Below, piece by piece: positions 7,444 to 14,971 of a DNA stretch of 30,300 bases. The notes under the pieces were generated by a model that was not told the origin of the DNA, did no database searches, and was given only the letters and a program-made list of their open reading frames with translations. Both the position numbers and the translations under genes were made by a program. Source of the DNA: a virus (taxonomy: Duplodnaviria > Caudoviricetes); IMG/VR virus record IMGVR_UViG_3300020045_005296, positions 1-30,300 of that record; one strand, written 5' to 3'. The first letter of the stretch is position 1, and every line of letters starts with the position of its first letter.

Positions 7444-9828
7444 ATGAACGAACTTTTATTACTCGCTCCAATCGACAACGAAAAAAATAAGCCTACCAAA
7501 ATTCTTGATAAAAATTTAAATAAAATTAGAAGTTTTGATTCTGGTTTTTTGTTCAATTTTGAACTTTTAGAATACGAAAATTTTCATGAAGCCATGAAGA
7601 TTATTTTCACGCTGGACTCTTATTTTCTAGTATTGGGCGCACCAACCGAATTTGGTCGCGAATGCATAGAAACGCAAAACCCAACATGGCGCAGAAAAAA
7701 ATTAAAATTTGATAAAATCCCCACTATTGAAGATAAAAAAGGAAGTGAGATTGTTCTCGATTTAGATGATCACACTATCAGTGGTTTTGACGCGCTTAAT
7801 CCAGAGCCAGCAATTAAAAATTGGCTATTGAGCCATAAAATTTCCTGTGATGTGACTTATCAAATCACCTCTAGCCAAAAACTCAACACTCAAGAGGCGC
7901 GTATACGCCTCTATTTCAGTAGCTCCCGCGAATACTCTCTATTAGAGCGCAAAGCGTGGAGCCAAGGCCATTGTGGAAGCGATGGGAGCGTTTACACCTG
8001 TTCACAGCCCATATACACCGCGCCACCAATAATCGAGGGCGGGCGCGATCCTATCAAGCACAGGACGGGTTTTATAAAGGGCATTAGCCGCTCCCATATC
8101 CTCCCCCTAGAGATCACCAAGCCAGAGTATGCGCAAACCCATGGCGGATTTAATCGTGGCGCAGCGTTTGATTATGATGATCCAACAATTCCAGACGAAG
8201 TGTTAAGCGGTAAAGTTTACCGCCGTTATTTTATGCCTTTGGCTTTTCATTACGCCAATATCTTAAAAATGGATAAAAGCGCCGTTTTTGCGATTATTCA
8301 GCATAAAAGCAATTTTGTTAAAAGCCGTGAATTTGATGAAGAAAACGTTTTAGCGTATATCGAAGATGCGTTTTCTAAAATTGATTCAGAAGTTGAAGAA
8401 AATTTAAATGAATTAGTAACATCTGATGATTTAAAAAATGAAGATTTGGCACCCATTCCAGAATTCCCGAATGATATTTTGGAAACGTGGCCAGCACCGT
8501 GGCCTATGTTGTGGCAGAACTTCAAAAAGATTCCGCGTGTGACCGAACCAGCGCTATTAATTCCTACTATACTGGCATTAAATGGGTTTATATTGAGAAG
8601 CCAATATGTAACGAGTTATGGGCGCAGACCAAACATGTTCTTTTTGAACTTAACGCCATCCACGGGCAACAAAGATGTTAATTCAAAAAATGTGATACGC
8701 GATCTAGAGCGCATTTTTCGCAAAAGAATGGGGAACGCTTCAAAATCTATTTTTTATGGAATTTTAAACACAGAGTCGTCAATCACCGCTGATACAACCT
8801 TTTTACAAAGTTTTAGTGAAGATGAAGAATTGTTTTGGATAAACACTGAAGCAACAAGAATTTTTCAACAAATCAAGAATTCAGGCGGAAATTCAAACGT
8901 TGCCGCACTTTCTGATAAATTGATTGAATTAGTTGATGGGCATGAAATTACAGGAAAAGTGAAAGCAGCGGGAAAAGTGAAAACGATAGAAAACCCCAAT
9001 GCTCAAGTGTTGTTTTATGCACAACCAGAAACAATTGAAAAATATATTGATGATGAAATGGTTGATTCTGGTTTATTTGGTCGCTCTTTGCTGTCAATTG
9101 TTCCTGAATTAAAGTTTGATGTTGAAAATTATGAAATGTTTATGAGGCGCGATAGTGATTTATCAAGCGTTTCTGATGAATTCTTTAATTTTTACAAAAG
9201 TGATGCTCTTGGGTTTGGTGGAATATCAGACGCGAAGAAGGTTTTAGAGCCAACTAATAAATCGTTAACCGTGTTGAATGATTGGGCTAGGCGATATGTT
9301 GCGCCATTAATGGCAGATAATGACAGCCTACAAAAAGTGCTAAGCCGTATCGGGAACAGTGCCGAACAACTTTATGTAATTATTTTGGGAATTTGCAGAA
9401 AATACGATGTTTCGACTGGACAAAAAGAACGAAAAGAAATAGATATTGAGTGTATTTTACCACTTTTAGAATATTGGTGTGATTGCAAAGTATATGCAAT
9501 TAAGAACTATATCAATAGTGAGCTTGATCCACTTTCTGAAGCTGTTTTAGATATTATCAAAGAATGTGTTTCTGGTCGCTATAAGATGCAAAGCGCATTT
9601 GATATGAAAGCCGTTAAGGATAGACACATGGTTCCTTTGGCGCAATTTTACAAAATTCTTAAAGGTAATTCAAAAATCATTAGAAAGCTTTCAGCGGATG
9701 GGGATAAAAGAAACGCCGTGAACCGTGTTGATTCTATTATTAAGATTTTTATTGCTAATGGGTTAATAAAGAAAGATATTATTAAAATTGGGAATACATC
9801 AAAAGAATGTTTGGGGTTATTAAAATGA
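7444..9828 (+). CDS. Replication protein: AEP-like primase N-terminus fused to a DUF3987/MCM-like helicase-type domain
   Basis: N-terminal LDLDD, TSSQK...RIRLYF and DGSVYTCSQPIY motifs resemble phage prim-pol domains. C-terminal RPNMFFLNLTPSTGNKD (P-loop-like), WINTE and DSGLFGR match the DUF3987 layout. Confidence 0.65.
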   Translation: MNELLLLAPIDNEKNKPTKILDKNLNKIRSFDSGFLFNFELLEYENFHEAMKIIFTLDSYFLVLGAPTEFGRECIETQNPTWRRKKLKFDKIPTIEDKKGSEIVLDLDDHTISGFDALNPEPAIKNWLLSHKISCDVTYQITSSQKLNTQEARIRLYFSSSREYSLLERKAWSQGHCGSDGSVYTCSQPIYTAPPIIEGGRDPIKHRTGFIKGISRSHILPLEITKPEYAQTHGGFNRGAAFDYDDPTIPDEVLSGKVYRRYFMPLAFHYANILKMDKSAVFAIIQHKSNFVKSREFDEENVLAYIEDAFSKIDSEVEENLNELVTSDDLKNEDLAPIPEFPNDILETWPAPWPMLWQNFKKIPRVTEPALLIPTILALNGFILRSQYVTSYGRRPNMFFLNLTPSTGNKDVNSKNVIRDLERIFRKRMGNASKSIFYGILNTESSITADTTFLQSFSEDEELFWINTEATRIFQQIKNSGGNSNVAALSDKLIELVDGHEITGKVKAAGKVKTIENPNAQVLFYAQPETIEKYIDDEMVDSGLFGRSLLSIVPELKFDVENYEMFMRRDSDLSSVSDEFFNFYKSDALGFGGISDAKKVLEPTNKSLTVLNDWARRYVAPLMADNDSLQKVLSRIGNSAEQLYVIILGICRKYDVSTGQKERKEIDIECILPLLEYWCDCKVYAIKNYINSELDPLSEAVLDIIKECVSGRYKMQSAFDMKAVKDRHMVPLAQFYKILKGNSKIIRKLSADGDKRNAVNRVDSIIKIFIANGLIKKDIIKIGNTSKECLGLLK

Positions 9829-10184
9829 CTAAATATGTGTTTAAAACTGAAAAAGATAGAATCGCACAAATTGATGATGATTTTATAGAAACGATTAAAA
9901 AGTGTGTTTCTTTGAAAATTGGTTTTCAATGTGGAACCGAGAGAGACCTATATTTTAACAAAAAAATTGCGATTTCTACCATTTATAGAAGTATGTCAAA
10001 AAAGGTTAAAATAGTTAACGCGATAAGTTTAAAAGATGACAATTCAGATTTTGACGAGCAATTTTTAACTCATTTGAAAAGATTGGCAGATAAAAAGATG
10101 TTTCGTTTAGAAAATCCATTAACCAAAGAATTTTGCGTTTCTTGGCTGAGAAAACCAGTTTTTGGAGAATTTGAAAAATTTTAG
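9825..10184 (+). CDS. Hypothetical protein (119 aa), possibly replication-associated
   Basis: ATG 9825 overlaps the rep stop (ATGA). Confidence 0.7.
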   Translation: MTKYVFKTEKDRIAQIDDDFIETIKKCVSLKIGFQCGTERDLYFNKKIAISTIYRSMSKKVKIVNAISLKDDNSDFDEQFLTHLKRLADKKMFRLENPLTKEFCVSWLRKPVFGEFEKF

Positions 10185-10503
10185 AAATTAGGTCTACTTT
10201 GTCAATTCCAGAAAAAAGCAGGGGTTTATGCGTGGTGTAGGGTGCGCAGTTGTCACGTTTTGGGGGGCAAAAGTTATTTTTTTTTACCTTACTTTACCCC
10301 GCATGTTTTCAGCCACCTGCGCGCCCAAATGGAATGTTATAATATAACAAAAGGTAAAATAGAAAAAATAAAGAATTAATAAATAAATATACTTATATAT
10401 ATATAAACCTAGTAATACCAAGGCCTATAGCGTACTTTGAATAGATTTAAATCCTACTTTTTCAAAGTAAGCCAAACAAAGAAATTTTATGTTTTAAAAA
10501 GGT
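10185..10503. other. Putative replication origin
   Basis: About 320 nt non-coding after the rep operon, with an imperfect GC-rich inverted repeat (10240-10326), an AT-rich tract (10335-10407) and five TACTTT/AAAGTA copies. Confidence 0.45.
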
Positions 10504-10509
10504 GTGAAA

Positions 10510-10899
10510 ATGAGTAAAAAGATTAGAAAAAAGATAAAAAGCGAATTTTTTAGCAATGAATTGCTAAAAATGATCGATGATGAAAAACCGCAATTTTCTA
10601 TGATGTTGTTGGCTTTTGCAGTTGTTGAAAATTGCGGAAAAGGAAAATATATGTTCCGTACAACAAAAATGGAAGACCGCTGGCTAACACACGGTGTTTT
10701 GCCAAAATCATTTTTTCGCGAAAGTTTCTTGCGCTGCACTAAATTAATGGAATTGCTAAAAATAAATAAATTAACAATTGATGAACTTTTAGAAAAAGTC
10801 ATAAACTCAGGAAAATTTGAAACTGTTGAACTTTTCGAAAGAAAAGAAAACAAGACGTTTTACAAATTTCTTGAGGGAAAAGAAAATGTTAACAAATGA
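10510..10899 (+). CDS. Hypothetical basic protein (129 aa)
   Basis: ATG 10510 with AGGTG RBS. Confidence 0.7.
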   Translation: MSKKIRKKIKSEFFSNELLKMIDDEKPQFSMMLLAFAVVENCGKGKYMFRTTKMEDRWLTHGVLPKSFFRESFLRCTKLMELLKINKLTIDELLEKVINSGKFETVELFERKENKTFYKFLEGKENVNK

Positions 10900-11302
10900 A
10901 TGTTTGCCGACTGAGTTTGCACTTTCGCTTTTGGAAGATTGCGGTTTTATAAATAAGGAAGAAATGCAAACTCTTGTCTATAACAAATTAAAAGCAAGAA
11001 TTGCAAATTTTCAACAAATGGCAATTTGTGTGGAATTTAAAAAAGCAATCATAGCCTTCCACGGGATTGAAATAACAGGCGAACAAGAGGAAGTTTTGAA
11101 AGTTGTCTACGAATCAACAAAACCTTTTATTATGGGTTTAACAGTGGGCGCTTGTTTGGATGGAATAACAGGAAGATCGTTAAATCCTAAAGATTTTGGC
11201 GAAGCCGTGCGAACCATCACGGAACAAGCGAAAACGAAAGAAGGCGACACAGGCAAAAGAATGAAAGGGATTATTGTAAAAGTCTCGCAAACACCTAAAT
11301 AG
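10886..11302 (+). CDS. Hypothetical protein (138 aa); weak terminase small subunit candidate
   Basis: ATG 10886 with GAGGG RBS; helical body and a C-terminal GIIVKV strand. Confidence 0.65.
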   Translation: MLTNECLPTEFALSLLEDCGFINKEEMQTLVYNKLKARIANFQQMAICVEFKKAIIAFHGIEITGEQEEVLKVVYESTKPFIMGLTVGACLDGITGRSLNPKDFGEAVRTITEQAKTKEGDTGKRMKGIIVKVSQTPK

Positions 11303-11346
11303 TGTATATACTATTTTATTAATATATATTAAAGTGGCTGAAGATT

Positions 11347-11481
11347 ATGGAAATTTACCAAAAACGCGAATTGTTAGTTTCCCCAAACATTTTTGGAAAA
11401 TGGTTCAACATCACAAAATTTGAATTTGATAATAAAATCGGTTCAAAAGGCGAATACCGAAAAATGGTTCAAGAGTCTTGA
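11347..11481 (+). CDS. Hypothetical peptide (44 aa)
   Basis: MEIYQKRELLVSPNIFGKWFNITKFEFDNKIGSKGEYRKMVQES; TTGA overlap with the next gene. Confidence 0.5.
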   Translation: MEIYQKRELLVSPNIFGKWFNITKFEFDNKIGSKGEYRKMVQES

Positions 11482-11789
11482 AATATCGCGTTAGATGTGG
11501 TAATAGAAATTGCAGAAGACGCCGCACACTGAATAAACACCCTGATTCGTATGTGAGGCCGCCGAAATGCTCTTGTGGTCGCGCTGATTGGGCGCTGGAT
11601 CAATACAGGACGCGAAGAGGCACAAAAGACCACCCAGAGCCTTGTGGTTGTAATGCGTTGATTGCAGGGCGTCACAGGAAGGCACAGAAGGGGTGCATAT
11701 ATCACCCTGATTTTAAGAACGAATATCAAGAAAACAATAAAGATTTCATCCCACCCGCCGACCCACTAGATTTTTATGAGGATTTTTAG
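11478..11789 (+). CDS. Cys/Arg-rich putative zinc-binding protein (103 aa)
   Basis: RCGNRNC...CSCG...CGC...H...CIYH, with a basic body and acidic tail; TTG start. Confidence 0.7.
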   Translation: MKYRVRCGNRNCRRRRTLNKHPDSYVRPPKCSCGRADWALDQYRTRRGTKDHPEPCGCNALIAGRHRKAQKGCIYHPDFKNEYQENNKDFIPPADPLDFYEDF

Positions 11790-11791
11790 AA

Positions 11792-12037
11792 ATGAGTAAA
11801 AAAGCAGAAAAGGCAGTTGTTAAACAATTATTAGAAAATGGCGTTTTACCGATTAATGTAGATTTGAATACTGAATTCCACGATTTAGGCATTGATTCAT
11901 TAGATGTTTATGAAAACGTCATGCTTTTAGAGGATGAGTTTGATATTACAATTTCTGATGTAGAAATCGAAAAACTTAAAACCCCGCAAGATTTGATTAA
12001 TTTGGTAAATTCTTTAATTACTGAAGAGGTTGAATAA
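11792..12037 (+). CDS. acpP: Phage-encoded acyl carrier protein
   Basis: 81 aa acidic protein with the DLGIDSLD phosphopantetheine motif (Ser36) followed by VMLLEDEFDITISD.EIEKLKT; GAGG RBS. Confidence 0.92.
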   Translation: MSKKAEKAVVKQLLENGVLPINVDLNTEFHDLGIDSLDVYENVMLLEDEFDITISDVEIEKLKTPQDLINLVNSLITEEVE

Positions 12038-12039
12038 AA

Positions 12040-12213
12040 ATGGGTTATCATCAACGCATAAATGGCCTATCTGAAAAATCAATAAATCGTGGAATGGAAT
12101 CGCGTGTGATTTCTCGCGCTGAATCTTTCGCATATCGTACAAAACCAGTTTCTTTAAATGCTGGCTCACAAAAGAAGCGCCGTTTGCGCGCTCGCCAAAG
12201 AGGGCTAGTGTGA
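12040..12213 (+). CDS. Small basic protein (57 aa) with C-terminal arginine-rich motif, not in ORF track
   Basis: MGYHQRINGL...NAGSQKKRRLRARQRGLV; GAGG RBS; TGATG coupling to the next gene. Confidence 0.7.
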   Translation: MGYHQRINGLSEKSINRGMESRVISRAESFAYRTKPVSLNAGSQKKRRLRARQRGLV

Positions 12214-12359
12214 TGTTCTCAGCTCAAGACATTTTTATATTGTTGTTTTTCTCTGGTTTTATTCTTCTTTCAATTCTCGCCTTAGTTGTTTGGTTTATTT
12301 CTTATTTATGTCGCGAGTATTTAAAAGAAGAAAATGACATTGAAGAGGATCATTATTAA
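12213..12359 (+). CDS. Small single-pass membrane protein (48 aa)
   Basis: MFSAQDIFILLFFSGFILLSILALVVWFISYLCREYLKEENDIEEDHY. Confidence 0.65.
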   Translation: MFSAQDIFILLFFSGFILLSILALVVWFISYLCREYLKEENDIEEDHY

Positions 12360-12361
12360 AA

Positions 12362-12895
12362 ATGATGACTCCCGACAAAATTGCATCATCTAACACGGAA
12401 AGCGCTCATCAAAAAGCGTTTTTCGCATATTGTGCGGTTGCTAAAAAGCATGGGTTTGATGTTGCTGACAATTGGGCGGAATATGGATTGCTCCCAAATT
12501 TAAGCCGTGTTTCTGCGAGTGTTCAAGTTGCACAATTATCGCCGCCTATTCCAGAATTAGAATGGATTCACCATATTCCAAACGGCGGCAAACGCGATGC
12601 AATAACCGCGAGTAATTTAAAACTTGAGGGTGTTCGCGCTGGTGTTGCGGATATATTTTGGCCTTTTGTTTTATTCGATCATAACGCGGAATTTAAAAAT
12701 CAAATTATATTTTCTGGCCTTTATATAGAAATGAAAAAACCAGACGAAAAAGATTCAAAAAATCCATTTGCAGCAATGTCTGAAAAACAAATTAAATTTA
12801 AAGATTACGTCACGCCACAACGTTATAAATTTGAAGTTTGTTACTCTTGGCAAGAAGCTGTTCAAGCAATTAAAAATTATTATCATGGTGAATAA
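12362..12895 (+). CDS. VRR-NUC family nuclease
   Basis: TESAHQ...HHIPNGGKRD...LKLEGVRAGVADIF...GLYIEMK...SEKQ...VCYSWQEA (PD-(D/E)xK layout). Confidence 0.88.
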   Translation: MMTPDKIASSNTESAHQKAFFAYCAVAKKHGFDVADNWAEYGLLPNLSRVSASVQVAQLSPPIPELEWIHHIPNGGKRDAITASNLKLEGVRAGVADIFWPFVLFDHNAEFKNQIIFSGLYIEMKKPDEKDSKNPFAAMSEKQIKFKDYVTPQRYKFEVCYSWQEAVQAIKNYYHGE

Positions 12896-12899
12896 AAAA

Positions 12900-13328
12900 A
12901 TGAAACTAATCGACTTTGAAGGGCGAAATGTTATTTTCGCAGAAAATCAACCAGAATATTTGCAACTGCCAGCTTATAAAATTCCGCAAGATGTTGAAGG
13001 TCGAATAGTTTGTTGTTGGAAGCTATCTTTTAAAGAGAGAATTAAATTATTTTTATTTGGTGAGTTATGGCACTCAATTTTAACTTTTAATCAGCCTTTG
13101 CAACCACAACTAATAGAAACAGATAGACCAGAATTTATTCATAAAGAGGTTTCAAAAATGAAATTTAAAGATTTTTTAAAACAATTAGCTTTAAAGCTTG
13201 CATTTAAAAAAATAGCAGGCGAAAAAGTTGGCAAAGAAGAAATTAAAGAACAGGCTAAAGCAGACGCTTTAGAAGCTGCGCGAGAAAAATTAGAGCGCGA
13301 ATCAGAAAAAGATTTAGGCGGTCGATAA
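12900..13328 (+). CDS. Hypothetical phage protein; probably two genes in one frame (second start 13158)
   Basis: ATG 12900 after GGTGA; internal GAGG plus ATG at 13158 begins a compositionally different charged helix. Confidence 0.6.
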   Translation: MKLIDFEGRNVIFAENQPEYLQLPAYKIPQDVEGRIVCCWKLSFKERIKLFLFGELWHSILTFNQPLQPQLIETDRPEFIHKEVSKMKFKDFLKQLALKLAFKKIAGEKVGKEEIKEQAKADALEAAREKLERESEKDLGGR

Positions 13329-13329
13329 A

Positions 13330-13584
13330 ATGAAATTAACAAAAAAATATTCACAAGAGCAACAAACCGAAACTTTAGATATGGATTTTGGTTTAGCTCT
13401 TAATATCTCTGCTAGAATTGACAATTTAGAAAAACAACAAATGCAAGAAAAGAATTTATTTATAGAGCGTTTAATTAAACCAATGAAGGAAGCTATTTGC
13501 GACCACCTTTGGCATGAATTAAGAAAAGCCGAAAGAATGAGCGAAGAAGAAATTTATAATCAATATATGGAAGATCAAAAATGA
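13330..13584 (+). CDS. Hypothetical protein (84 aa)
   Basis: ORF track; packed. Confidence 0.7.
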   Translation: MKLTKKYSQEQQTETLDMDFGLALNISARIDNLEKQQMQEKNLFIERLIKPMKEAICDHLWHELRKAERMSEEEIYNQYMEDQK

Positions 13585-13691
13585 AAACAGTATTTATTTT
13601 ATTGTATTTGTTCGCACTGTTAGTTAATTGGTGGTTATTTATTCCTATAATCTTTGTTCACTTAATCGTCACAGCTATCAAGAGTAGATAA
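13581..13691 (+). CDS. Hydrophobic peptide (36 aa)
   Basis: MKTVFILLYLFALLVNWWLFIPIIFVHLIVTAIKSR; ATGA overlap; fills the gap. Confidence 0.55.
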   Translation: MKTVFILLYLFALLVNWWLFIPIIFVHLIVTAIKSR

Positions 13692-13694
13692 AAA

Positions 13695-14210
13695 ATGCCT
13701 AATGAATACACCCCAATACCAAACCAGACATTACCGAAAGAATTTTTAGATTCTATTCAAAAATTGCCAAAGCGAAATCTAGGTGATTTATTGCAAAATC
13801 AAAAGCCAAGCGATTTATCGCAACTTTCAAATAAAACACTAGACTTATCAAAAATCACAACACCTTTAGAAAAAGCCGTGGCTCATCTATTGCGTATTGG
13901 CTCAACCGATTTAAAAGAAGTTCGTGAAATGTCCGCTTTCTTTGTTACTGAAGAGGATGCTTGCAAAAAGCTTGGTTTATCTTTTGGAATGTATTTGTGC
14001 AAAAAGTTTAGGGATGATGTTATTTCTAATGCATCTATTTCAGAAATTGAATCAATTTCAATTAATCAAGAATGCGTAAAAATATTTTCTGATTGTGGCT
14101 TAGAGTTTGAAATAAAAGAATTAGGGAATGATAATTTTTCTTTATTTGGCTATGAAATTGCAATTGATTATGGAATGAAAGATTATTATTTAATAGGTAA
14201 TAAAAAATGA
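13695..14210 (+). CDS. Hypothetical protein (171 aa)
   Basis: ORF track. Confidence 0.75.
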   Translation: MPNEYTPIPNQTLPKEFLDSIQKLPKRNLGDLLQNQKPSDLSQLSNKTLDLSKITTPLEKAVAHLLRIGSTDLKEVREMSAFFVTEEDACKKLGLSFGMYLCKKFRDDVISNASISEIESISINQECVKIFSDCGLEFEIKELGNDNFSLFGYEIAIDYGMKDYYLIGNKK

Positions 14211-14407
14211 AAATGGTAACTGATGACAAAATAAAAGAAGTATTGATGGAAATGTATTGGAAAGGCGTCGAAGATTCTCAAAATAATCTATCTAGTATTT
14301 CTTTTAGTCCACATACAAAAGCCAACATAACAAGTATTCAGCCAAAAGCTGCACAATCCGTTATTGAAAAGATGAATAATATTTTAGAGGAAATATCAAA
14401 ATGTTAA
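14207..14407 (+). CDS. Hypothetical protein (66 aa)
   Basis: ATGA overlap; AGGT RBS. Confidence 0.65.
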   Translation: MKMVTDDKIKEVLMEMYWKGVEDSQNNLSSISFSPHTKANITSIQPKAAQSVIEKMNNILEEISKC

Positions 14408-14676
14408 AACAAAACCCTTTCATAAGCAGTGATTATTTAGATAAAAAATTGATGAAAGATTTTGAAAACTCAGCTAAAGAATTATTATCAGAAGTAGAAG
14501 AAATCTCAACTTTCAACACGGGTTCTCTTTCTAAAATAAAAGATAGAGCAACAAATAGAAAATTAAAAGAAGAAAAACCAAAAATAAACCCAATGCTTTG
14601 GAGCTTTACTCGCCCATTAAAAATGATAATCGCAATGAATCATGTTTATTATGGCGCGCCTAGATATGGATGGTAA
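14401..14676 (+). CDS. Hypothetical protein (91 aa)
   Basis: GAGG RBS; ORF track. Confidence 0.65.
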   Translation: MLKQNPFISSDYLDKKLMKDFENSAKELLSEVEEISTFNTGSLSKIKDRATNRKLKEEKPKINPMLWSFTRPLKMIIAMNHVYYGAPRYGW

Positions 14677-14962
14677 AGAAACGAATATTTTTAAACTTGC
14701 CTCTTGGAATGGCACCGAAATTAAAAAACCAGAGATTAACGAATCTCTGGTTTCTTTTTTGGAAGAGCAATTAAAATTAGCAAAAGAGGGGAGGGTTTTG
14801 ATTCATCTTCAAGCGAGTATTGAGCTTGATGAGCAAGGCGGGCTAGTTTATACAAATTCTATAGAAAAAAATGCAATGTCTCGCACTCAATCGCTTGCAA
14901 TTTATGCCCAACTAGACATTTTAAAAAATCGCTTTTATAGTGAAGTTTTAGAACCTCAATGA
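14666..14962 (+). CDS. Hypothetical protein (about 98 aa)
   Basis: Start uncertain (14651 or 14666); directly upstream of TerL but no TerS hallmarks seen. Confidence 0.6.
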   Translation: MDGKETNIFKLASWNGTEIKKPEINESLVSFLEEQLKLAKEGRVLIHLQASIELDEQGGLVYTNSIEKNAMSRTQSLAIYAQLDILKNRFYSEVLEPQ

Positions 14963-14971
14963 GTGTGACGA

